Source: an archaeon
GTDB taxonomy: Archaea; Iainarchaeota; Iainarchaeia; Iainarchaeales; CSSED10-239
Assembly: GCA_041657425.1 (NCBI GenBank)
Contig: JBBABY010000003.1
Location: 30,001-62,000, forward strand
Reading direction: 5' to 3'
Length of the DNA stretch: 32,000 bases
Below the pieces are notes generated by a model. It did not search any database and was not told where the DNA came from. It saw only the letters and a list, made by a program, of their open reading frames with translations. Shown here in pieces: positions 1 to 7,078 of this stretch. The position numbers were made by a program, and so were the translations under genes. How positions within the stretch are numbered: the first letter of the stretch is position 1; each line of letters opens with the position of its first letter.

Positions 1-159
1 TATGCCTCTACCAATGTAACACCTTATTATCTCACGTGGGGTTATTTAGCAGTTGGGATATTTTTAACAGTTAACGCAATTGTTGTTAAGTTTTTTCATT
101 TGCTGCAACCCCGAGATTGGTATGAAACGGAGATTACTATGATGAAAAAGAAAGTATAG
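1..159 (+). CDS. 3' end of a membrane-protein gene truncated by the window edge
   Basis: Frame 1 is open from nt 1 to TAG 157-159. The translation ...LTWGYLAVGIFLTVNAIVVKFF... contains one hydrophobic helix. There is no start in the window, so it is absent from the ORF track. Confidence 0.35.
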   Translation, partial: YASTNVTPYYLTWGYLAVGIFLTVNAIVVKFFHLLQPRDWYETEITMMKKKV

Positions 160-246
160 ACGAAACCCTTAAATAGAATACGCGTATATATACTAAACAT
201 AATCTTTTTAATTCGAGGTTGTATAATTGTCAAAACACAATACCTA

Positions 247-256
247 TTATTTAAAG
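247..256 (+). promoter_or_regulatory. TATA-like box TTATTTAAAG upstream of the 280 operon
   Basis: It lies 23 nt upstream of ATG 280. The identical decamer lies 22 nt upstream of ATG 9904. Confidence 0.35.
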
Positions 257-279
257 TTGTATAGTCACGGTGATTTCTA

Positions 280-1212
280 ATGAGTCACGGTCTGGAAAAT
301 CCATTAACCGTTAAGGCGAGAAATGCCAGACGGAATCGTTCTGCGCAACGTTCTGTGCAGGGTAATATTTATGAAAAAGAACATCCGGATCGTGCTGCCG
401 AATATCGTAGAAGATATAAAGCAAAGAAAGGATCTTTCGCGCAGCAACTTATAAATGCGCGCGCGCCGTTGGTGTTTACTGCTGGCGATATTTGTCTCGC
501 GTGCGATTTTCACATACCGTGCCACGATGAATCTCTTATTGATTATATGATTGGTGTTTGTAAAGATTTAAATATTAGGAAACTCGCAATCGACGGAGAC
601 TTCTTGGATTGTGATAACCTTAGTATTTTCACTAGTGTTACAGAGTCAAACCGAAGTGTGTCTATTACATGGAAGGCTGAAAAAGATGAAGGTCGAAAAA
701 TAATGACCCGCCTTCTTGAATGGTTTGAAGAAATTTATATTTGTTCTGGAAACCACGAGAATCGTATTATTGCACTTACTGGTGGGAAAGAAGGGTTTAA
801 AGATATAGTATTAGCGATGATGCCGAGAAACATTACCATATCTGATTATGAAAGACGTGTTCATTCTACTACAGATGATTTTATGATTTTGAATCACAAT
901 TGTGTGGATGAAAATGGAAATGATCGGATTCAAGAATGGATGCTTTGCCACCCGAAAAACTTTAGTATTTTGCCTTTGAGAGTAGCGCGCGCGTTGTGTG
1001 CAAAATTCGGAAAGAATATTCATATGGCGCATGGTCACAATTTATTGCAGGGGCGTGATATAAGTGGGAGATTTATATGTATAGAAGGTGGGGGATTGTT
1101 TGATAGAGAGGCGTTGGAATATACTTGTAAAACGACCACACACCCGGTAATGAGAAGTGGGTTTTTCATTTTGAAGAACGGAGAGGCGTTGAAATTTGAG
1201 GGGAGGTCGTGA
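280..1212 (+). CDS. calcineurin-like metallophosphoesterase
   Basis: 310-aa ORF with ordered motifs DFHIPCH (DxH), GDFLD (GDxxD), GNHENR (GNHE) and MAHGH (GH). Confidence 0.8.
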   Translation: MSHGLENPLTVKARNARRNRSAQRSVQGNIYEKEHPDRAAEYRRRYKAKKGSFAQQLINARAPLVFTAGDICLACDFHIPCHDESLIDYMIGVCKDLNIRKLAIDGDFLDCDNLSIFTSVTESNRSVSITWKAEKDEGRKIMTRLLEWFEEIYICSGNHENRIIALTGGKEGFKDIVLAMMPRNITISDYERRVHSTTDDFMILNHNCVDENGNDRIQEWMLCHPKNFSILPLRVARALCAKFGKNIHMAHGHNLLQGRDISGRFICIEGGGLFDREALEYTCKTTTHPVMRSGFFILKNGEALKFEGRS

Positions 1213-1386
1213 ATGAAAATCCCATTATTTATATTAATATTAATGCTGGTATGTATATTATCAATGGCAATCGCAGTATATTTGCGCCATCCATTTCTTA
1301 TGATTATTGCAATGCCAATTATGATGGTTGCTTCTATAATGATGCCGGATAAATATATGAACACGAATGTTTTTGTTGGTGCGTAG
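1213..1386 (+). CDS. small membrane protein (57 aa)
   Basis: The ATG directly follows TGA 1210-1212, with GGGAGG 7 nt upstream. The product MKIPLFILILMLVCILSMAIAVY... has two hydrophobic helices. TAG 1384-1386 abuts the next ATG. It is below the ORF-track size cutoff. Confidence 0.5.
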   Translation: MKIPLFILILMLVCILSMAIAVYLRHPFLMIIAMPIMMVASIMMPDKYMNTNVFVGA

Positions 1387-1760
1387 ATGAAAACCCTCTA
1401 CATCTCCGGCCCTTTCAGTCTCATACCCGACGGTTATGATGAACTCCACGGAACAGAAATCAATATTATTGAAGCGTCACGTTATGCGCTTGCTGCTGTC
1501 TATAAAGGGTGGGCACCATTCACACCGCATAAAAATACATCTGGGTTTCAACATGTTGTAGATATTGGTTATGATACGTGGATGAATATTTGTTTGGCAT
1601 TTGTGGAGAAATGTGATGCCATTCTTCTACTGCCCGGATGGGAAAAAGTCAAGGAGCGACGATGGAACGAGAATTGGCGATTGCATTAGGTAAGAAGATT
1701 CTTACTCCAAAAAATGTTGATGATATATCGAATGTAGAAGAAGTGTTTGATGAGGGGTAA
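1387..1760 (+). CDS. DUF4406 / nucleoside 2-deoxyribosyltransferase-like protein, interrupted by a -1 frame change at an A5 run
   Basis: The N-terminal part is YISGP...PHKN...CDAILLLPGWEK. The expected family C-terminus SQGATMERELAIALGKKILT continues in the -1 frame from A-run 1643-1647 to TAA 1758-1760. Confidence 0.6.
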
Positions 1761-1765
1761 ATAAT

Positions 1766-2179
1766 ATGAGCGACGACGACGACTCAATATTTATACTACG
1801 ATGCATAATGATAATGTTTGCAGTTATTATATTGTGTGTTTTGTTTAACCAATTTGTTTTTCACATCACGCCACCGCAGCCCGAACCAACATCTCAATTA
1901 ATTACAAAAAATATCGTTTTCACTAATAAAGAAGTTGTTGGTATATTTAATGGTTTTGGTTGTATGGGTGTAACAATGGAATTGTTTGATGAAAACGGTA
2001 ATGGTTATTATTATTTGTCGCAACCATTTAATATCAAAATTATAAATATTGGAGATAATTATACAATCCAATATTATTGCAACAAAAATGATGATAGGCA
2101 AATATACTCGTTTACAGATAATACACCACAATTATCAGATCGTGCTAAATGTGAACATATTAATGGAACTTGTCAATGA
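1766..2179 (+). CDS. membrane-anchored hypothetical protein
   Basis: 137-aa ORF with GAGGGG upstream, an N-terminal transmembrane helix (IMIMFAVIILCVLF) and a Cys/Asn-rich ectodomain. Confidence 0.6.
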   Translation: MSDDDDSIFILRCIMIMFAVIILCVLFNQFVFHITPPQPEPTSQLITKNIVFTNKEVVGIFNGFGCMGVTMELFDENGNGYYYLSQPFNIKIINIGDNYTIQYYCNKNDDRQIYSFTDNTPQLSDRAKCEHINGTCQ

Positions 2180-2361
2180 CCAAAGAATTTAACCCCACCA
2201 TCGCATTTATAATTTCTTTTTTTGATGGTTTACTCGCAGGTGGAATTGGTGGCTGTGTGGGTGCAATTGTGGGAAGTATTATTGCTAGTATGTTATTTGG
2301 GGCTTGTTTCGGATTGGTAATGCTTGTGTTAGATTTTAAATATTCTTTTGATGAAATTTAA
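2170..2361 (+). CDS. small Gly-rich transmembrane protein
   Basis: 63 aa. It overlaps the upstream stop. It contains LLAGGIGGCVGAIVGSIIASMLFGACFG and is a paralog of 2590..2766. Confidence 0.55.
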   Translation: MSMTKEFNPTIAFIISFFDGLLAGGIGGCVGAIVGSIIASMLFGACFGLVMLVLDFKYSFDEI

Positions 2362-2504
2362 TCGCGGTTTTCGCCTTTTACTTGACGACCCCAGATTTTG
2401 ATCCCACTATAATATTCTCCACGTTGCTTTTTACCAAGCGCGCCAACGTTGGGTTCTGGTCGATTGAATGTTCTAGAGAATTGATTTTTGATATCAAGAG
2501 ACAT
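2358..2504 (-). CDS. possible 48-aa basic ORF
   Basis: The ATG-to-TAA ORF MSLDIKNQFSRTFNRPEPNVGALGKKQRGEYYSGIKIWGRQVKGENRD fills the only gap in the plus operon. There is no clear RBS. Confidence 0.25.
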   Translation of the reverse strand: MSLDIKNQFSRTFNRPEPNVGALGKKQRGEYYSGIKIWGRQVKGENRD

Positions 2505-2589
2505 ATTTATAGTATTGGATGTTTGTGTATTTAAAGGTTTCTACTATACCAATACTTTTATATCCTTTAAACGCGTATATATTAACAAC

Positions 2590-2766
2590 ATGAAAGAAGA
2601 GTTGTTAGGAACGGGAATTTTAATTTCTTTATTATCTGCCGTTTTTGCAGGATGTCTTGGGGGAGTCACGGGCATTATTATTCATTCATTTATTGCTGGT
2701 ATCCTTTTAGCAATTACAGTCGGAACATTAATGTTATTTGTAGAGGGGTCTCCTATCTATGCCTGA
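2590..2766 (+). CDS. small Gly-rich transmembrane protein (paralog of 2170..2361)
   Basis: An internal ATG of ORF 2488..2766 gives MKEELLGTGILISLLSAVFAGCLGGVTGIIIHSFIAGILL. This matches the AG..GG..G.I..S.IA pattern of 2170..2361. Confidence 0.5.
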   Translation: MKEELLGTGILISLLSAVFAGCLGGVTGIIIHSFIAGILLAITVGTLMLFVEGSPIYA

Positions 2767-5700
2767 TCTCTGCTTAACTCAAGCCGAATACTCCTTCCAT
2801 AACAACTCTCCTGTCATTAACATCTTCGGTCGTGACTCCTCCGGTGTTTCTCATCGTGTGGATGTGGTTGGTTTCAAACCTTATTTTTTTGTTCCCGCAT
2901 CAGAATCCCCCAAAGCAACACCACCCTCCGAAGTTGATTCAAATGAATATTTTTCCATTCTCCATGAACCTTTGGTGAAAGTCATTACTCAAAAACCCGG
3001 TGACATTTTTGAATCGCGCGAGAAGTTTTCTAAACACTATGAAGCGGATATTTTATACACATTGAGGTTTCTGATTGATACAAAAATAAAATCTGGTTTC
3101 TCTTATACACAATCACCATGCACGATTGACGACATATTATTCAAAGATTTAAACTATCCCGCGCGCGTTTGTATTGTGGATATTGAATGTTCTGATGAAC
3201 GCGGGTTCCCGGATGCAACGAAAGATCCAATTTTTTGCATTACTTGTCATGATAGTTTTACAAATCGTTATATTACATTTGTTGTCGCTACTTCACCTCT
3301 TATAGAAACACCTAAAGAGAACGGGTGCTTTGATCCCGCTCACCACGACGTTATAACATACACGGATGAAAAATCTCTTCTTGTGGATTTTTGTGAATAT
3401 ATCAAATCCACAGATCCGGATATTATTACGGGGTGGAACTGCGTTCCAGAAGATACAATGGTTGACACAAAAAACGGTCTTATACCAATTAAGGCATTAA
3501 TACCGGGTATTGTTTTAAACACAGGTGGAAAAGTTGTATCCGTTTATAATACGGGGGTTAAGAATACAACTCGTATAAGAACATCTATTGGATGGGATTT
3601 TATTGTTGGGGAAGATCATCGAATGTTAGTTTCTCAAATTCCACAAGATCGTCATTATGTGTGGGAACATTGCGAAAACTATGAACCAACATACGAAATT
3701 TCTAAAAATATAACTTCTGATAGTATATTGCATATTCCAATACGGCAGTATGAAAATAATATTGGTCTCGGGCTTGATCCTTTTAATTGTTACAGGGCTG
3801 GACTTATTTATTCCGATGGCGCCAGACCAGATAAGTGGAGATTTAGATTTTACAATAAAAATATAAACCTCATTAATAGATGTTGCGGGGAAAACCATAG
3901 ATGGTTTACAAAAGGTGTCTGGTGTTCTAATATATTGCAGCGAGATCTAAAAGGGGCAGAACATCTCATTCTGGTTGGTGATAAGAAACAACTCAATTTT
4001 GGTTTATTATCTCGTCTATCTGTAGAAGAGTTCGGGGCTTTTTTAGCTGGATGGTATGATGGCGATGGGTATTCAGATGTCTTTTGTATAGGAGATCATA
4101 CTATTAATATTCGGCATTTTCAGTTATTTGCAGGATTTGGTGCGATAACTTCATCTACATGTAATATAAATTTACGGATCTTATGTATAACCCAAAAACT
4201 ATTAGAGTGTATGAAAAAGTTTTTGCAGAAGAAAATAAAAAATAAAATCCATATAATTAAGAGAAAACGAGTTACTAGGAAAGATCATTTCAGATTTAAT
4301 TTTAATAGAAATCTAACTAATATGTATCTGCGGGTAAAAAATGTAAGTAACGACGTGCCTAAAAATTGCTACGATATTGAAACGACAGAACATAATTTTT
4401 CGATTGGTTGCGTTGTACATAATTGTAATGAATTTGATATACCTTACATTCTGGGTCGTATGGATGTATTAGGTATCCCGCGCGATGCGTGGTCGCGGTT
4501 GCCTAGTGGAAACACCGGGCGCATAGAAATCAAAGGTCGTCAACTTTTTGATTTATTATCCGGGTATAAAAGAATGCATTTGGGTGAACAACCTTCTTAT
4601 CGCCTTGATGCAATAGCATTAGAAGAATTGGGGAAACAAAAAATCCATCACAATGGAAAGGTTTTCGATTTATGGAAAGAAGATCCTACCAATCTGGTTT
4701 ACTATAACTTCACTGATGTGGAATTATGTGTAGGTATTAATGCAAAAGACGAAACTGTTGAATTCCACAGGTATGTTGCTCATTATGCCGGGTGTCCTCT
4801 GGAAAAGACAACAAATAGTATGCCTATTATTGATATGTTGGTTTTGAGAGAAGCAAAAGAAAATGGGTTTATTTTACCTTCAAAGGCAAATTCTATAAAT
4901 ACACAAGAATCGTTTGAAGGGGCTACGGTTATTGCTCCCATGCGCGGAGTGCAAGAAAACGTTGCTGTTTTGGATGCTAAATCATTGTATCCAATGTCGA
5001 TGATGACTATTAATGCATCTCCAGAAACCAAAGATCCAAAAGGAGAACTGCGCGCTCCTAATGGTGTCAGATTTAAAAAAGAACCCGATGGATTGGTTAG
5101 AAAGATTCAGGCGAAATTTTTACGTGAACGAGATGAGATGAAAAAGGAACGGAATAAGTATCCTTTTGATTCTCGTGAGTATAAACTTTTAAATATGAAA
5201 CAGGACGTGGTTAAGGTTTGCATGAATTCTTATTATGGGGTTTCGGCAAATCCGATGTTCCGTCTTAATGACCGTGACGTGGGTTCGGCTATTACATCAG
5301 TAGGGCGCGCGCTTTTGGAGCACAACAAAAAACTTGTAGAACACGAAGAATATAAAATTGTTTTTGGTGATACCGATTCGGTTGGTATAAAGATACCAAA
5401 AAGTATTGGGAAAGAAGGAACTATGTTTATTGCGAAGGAACTTGAAACGCTTCTTAATAACTCATATCCACAGTTTGCAAAAGAAACATTAAATGCCGAT
5501 GTTCAATATTTCTCCGTGAAATTTGAAAAATTATACCAGAGATTTTTTAGCGGCGGGAAGAAGAAGCGATACGCTGGACTCCTTATTTGGAAGGAAGGTG
5601 TAGACGCGCATAAAATTGATATTGTGGGTTTTGAAACCAAGCGGTCGGATTCCCCCAAGGTCACACGTGACGCAATGAAAACACTTATCGAGATGGTTCT

Positions 5701-6130
5701 TGAGGGCAAACCTTATGAAGAAATCAGAACTACTATTTCGGATGTTATACGTAAATACCGCGCGGGTAAATATAGTCTCGACGATGTAGGAATTCCCGGC
5801 GGCATTGGTAAACCATTGGAAGAATATGATATCCAAGATGCGCAGGTGCGCGCGGCGGTGTATTCTAACACTTATCTGGGAACGAATTTTGGTAAGGGGT
5901 CAAAACCGAAACGTTTATATATTAAGAATGTTACTTCAAAATATCCGCGCACGGATGTAGTTTGTTTTGAGTATGCGGATCAAATAGATAGAAACATTTT
6001 TATAGTTGATGTTGATACAATGTTAGAGAAGACTTTAAAGACTCCGTTATCACGGATTATGGAACCGTTGAATTTCAACTGGTGCGAGTTTGACCCGGCG
6101 ACTCCGACGTTGGGGAAGTGGGGTTTTTAG
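2759..6130 (+). CDS. polB: family B DNA polymerase (archaeo-eukaryotic type) containing one intein
   Basis: Exo I VDIECSD. Exo II GWN/(intein)/CNEFDIPYIL. Exo III YNFTDVEL. Motif A LDAKSLYPMSMM. Motif B KVCMNSYYG. Motif C FGDTDSV. KKRYAG is also present. The extein is 795 aa. Confidence 0.95.
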   Translation: MPDLCLTQAEYSFHNNSPVINIFGRDSSGVSHRVDVVGFKPYFFVPASESPKATPPSEVDSNEYFSILHEPLVKVITQKPGDIFESREKFSKHYEADILYTLRFLIDTKIKSGFSYTQSPCTIDDILFKDLNYPARVCIVDIECSDERGFPDATKDPIFCITCHDSFTNRYITFVVATSPLIETPKENGCFDPAHHDVITYTDEKSLLVDFCEYIKSTDPDIITGWNCVPEDTMVDTKNGLIPIKALIPGIVLNTGGKVVSVYNTGVKNTTRIRTSIGWDFIVGEDHRMLVSQIPQDRHYVWEHCENYEPTYEISKNITSDSILHIPIRQYENNIGLGLDPFNCYRAGLIYSDGARPDKWRFRFYNKNINLINRCCGENHRWFTKGVWCSNILQRDLKGAEHLILVGDKKQLNFGLLSRLSVEEFGAFLAGWYDGDGYSDVFCIGDHTINIRHFQLFAGFGAITSSTCNINLRILCITQKLLECMKKFLQKKIKNKIHIIKRKRVTRKDHFRFNFNRNLTNMYLRVKNVSNDVPKNCYDIETTEHNFSIGCVVHNCNEFDIPYILGRMDVLGIPRDAWSRLPSGNTGRIEIKGRQLFDLLSGYKRMHLGEQPSYRLDAIALEELGKQKIHHNGKVFDLWKEDPTNLVYYNFTDVELCVGINAKDETVEFHRYVAHYAGCPLEKTTNSMPIIDMLVLREAKENGFILPSKANSINTQESFEGATVIAPMRGVQENVAVLDAKSLYPMSMMTINASPETKDPKGELRAPNGVRFKKEPDGLVRKIQAKFLRERDEMKKERNKYPFDSREYKLLNMKQDVVKVCMNSYYGVSANPMFRLNDRDVGSAITSVGRALLEHNKKLVEHEEYKIVFGDTDSVGIKIPKSIGKEGTMFIAKELETLLNNSYPQFAKETLNADVQYFSVKFEKLYQRFFSGGKKKRYAGLLIWKEGVDAHKIDIVGFETKRSDSPKVTRDAMKTLIEMVLEGKPYEEIRTTISDVIRKYRAGKYSLDDVGIPGGIGKPLEEYDIQDAQVRAAVYSNTYLGTNFGKGSKPKRLYIKNVTSKYPRTDVVCFEYADQIDRNIFIVDVDTMLEKTLKTPLSRIMEPLNFNWCEFDPATPTLGKWGF
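3440..4423 (+). mobile_element. 328-aa intein with LAGLIDADG homing endonuclease domain inside polB
   Basis: It starts CVPEDTMV, has block B GEDH, and ends CVVHN followed by the +1 Cys (CNEFD). Two LAGLIDADG motifs are present: RAGLIYSDGA and FLAGWYDGDGY. It interrupts the ITGWN....FDIPY Exo II motif. Confidence 0.85.
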
Positions 6131-6228
6131 AAAGGTTTAAATATTAAAACTATTGGTGGTATATAAATTAGTTGTATAGTAAATTTTTATAGTATATAAA
6201 GTTAACCTATATATTTCCGAACCAACAT

Positions 6229-6236
6229 TTTAAATA
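6229..6236 (+). promoter_or_regulatory. TATA box TTTAAATA upstream of the tRNA array
   Basis: It lies 24 nt upstream of the tRNA-Leu 5' end at 6261. A second TTTAAATA at 6354..6361 follows this tRNA. Confidence 0.4.
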
Positions 6237-6260
6237 GAAACAACACCTATATTCTATGAC

Positions 6261-6342
6261 TGGTGGATACCCGAGCGGTCAAAGGGGCCGGATTCAAAAT
6301 CCGGTGTTTAGTGCTTCGAGGGTTCAAATCCCTCTCCACCAA
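6261..6342 (+). tRNA. tRNA-Leu(CAA), class II
   Basis: Acceptor tggtgga/tccacca. D stem ccc/ggg. Anticodon stem ccgga/tccgg with loop ttCAAaa. 13-nt variable arm. T arm gaggg-ttcaaat-ccctc. No encoded CCA. Confidence 0.85.
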
Positions 6343-6494
6343 TTGTAGAAATATTTAAATACTATTACAACATACACTATTATATATCATGACAGTAAAT
6401 ATAAACGTATCAACATCTATTCTATCATTGCGTTTACTGTCCAGTTTGACGCTTCTCACCACATCGTGAGGGTGTTTTGTATTGGTTTCATCTT

Positions 6495-6582
6495 GCTGCC
6501 TTGGGCGAGTCTGGTTTATGCCGCAATTCTGCTAAAGTTGCTTTCCTGATCGGAAACGAAAGTTCAAATCTTTCAGGCAGCG
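6495..6582 (+). tRNA. tRNA-Ser(GCU), class II
   Basis: Acceptor gctgcct/aggcagc. D stem ggc/gcc. Anticodon stem caatt/agttg with loop ctGCTaa. 17-nt variable arm with ttcc/ggaa stem. T arm gaaag-ttcaaat-ctttc. Confidence 0.85.
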
Positions 6583-6584
6583 TC

Positions 6585-6660
6585 GCCGGATAAGCATCTG
6601 TTGGTTTGGTGCATTCGATCTGTAATCGAAAGGGCGGGAGTTCAATTCTCTCATCCGGCT
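6585..6660 (+). tRNA. tRNA-Thr(UGU), class I, C at position 33
   Basis: Acceptor gccggat/atccggc. D stem gcat/gtgc. Anticodon stem ttcga/tcgaa with loop tcTGTaa. T arm gggag-ttcaatt-ctctc. Positions 8-9 are AA. Confidence 0.7.
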
Positions 6661-6669
6661 CATATTATT

Positions 6670-6754
6670 GCCAACGTGGGGAGTGCGGTGCGCTAAACGG
6701 TCCTGAAAACCGTCGCCCTTAACAGGGTTGCAGGTTCAATTCCTGTCGTTGGCG
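6670..6754 (+). tRNA. tRNA-Ser(UGA)-like, class II, irregular D arm, C33
   Basis: Acceptor gccaacg/cgttggc. Anticodon stem acggt/accgt with loop ccTGAaa. Long variable arm. T arm gcagg-ttcaatt-cctgt. I could not fold the D arm canonically. Confidence 0.6.
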
Positions 6755-6803
6755 TCCTCTTACATAGGGGAAAGTATAAATGATTTGAAAACATATAAGT
6801 TAT

Positions 6804-6887
6804 GTGTGAATGGGACAGCACGGTTGACTCCACTGGATCGAGGTTCCAGACAAGGAAACGACGCAAGTTCAAATCTTGCTTCACACA
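6804..6887 (+). tRNA. tRNA-Leu(GAG), class II, C33
   Basis: Acceptor gtgtgaa/ttcacac. D stem gga/tcc. Anticodon stem ctgga/tccag with loop tcGAGgt. 13-nt variable arm. T arm gcaag-ttcaaat-cttgc. Confidence 0.75.
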
Positions 6888-6889
6888 TC

Positions 6890-6974
6890 GCGTCCGTGGC
6901 GAAACGGTTGAACGCAACAGTCTTAAACACTGTGACGAAGCGAAACATTTCAGGTTCAAATCCTGACGGACGCA
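6890..6974 (+). tRNA. tRNA-Leu(UAA), class II
   Basis: Acceptor gcgtccg/cggacgc. D stem gcg/cgc. Anticodon stem acagt/actgt with loop ctTAAac. 16-nt variable arm. T arm tcagg-ttcaaat-cctga. Confidence 0.85.
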
Positions 6975-6993
6975 TCCCATTGTGGGAAATCGA

Positions 6994-7075
6994 GAGTGAT
7001 TGGAACAGAAGCCGACTTCACCGGATTTAGACTCCGTACAAGGAAACATCGCCGGCGCGCATCCGGCATCACTCA
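6994..7075 (+). tRNA. tRNA-Leu(UAG)-like with degenerate T and D loops (possible pseudo-tRNA)
   Basis: Acceptor gagtgat/atcactc. D stem gaa/ttc. Anticodon loop ttTAGac on a stem with one C-U mismatch. The variable arm resembles that of Leu(GAG). T stem gccgg/ccggc, but the loop is cgcgcat (no TTC). The D loop lacks GG. Confidence 0.5.
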
Positions 7076-7078
7076 TTT

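Noticed and set aside
217-268. GTTGTATAAT / GTTGTATAGT (also at 6171-6181) read as bacterial extended -10 promoters
   Set aside because: This is possible, but no consistent -35 element is present. The same regions carry TATA boxes at archaeal spacing, and the polymerase is of the archaeo-eukaryotic type. I keep it only as an alternative host hypothesis.
1035-1449. Minus-strand ORFs 1035..1364 and 1261..1449 (and similar antisense ORFs inside polB, the HNH genes, and 25161..25586, 25797..26270, 28955..29380)
   Set aside because: - They are antisense to well-supported genes.
- They have low-complexity Ile/Phe/Asn-rich translations typical of AT-rich antisense frames.
- The sense strand gives tightly coupled genes with RBS and recognisable domains.
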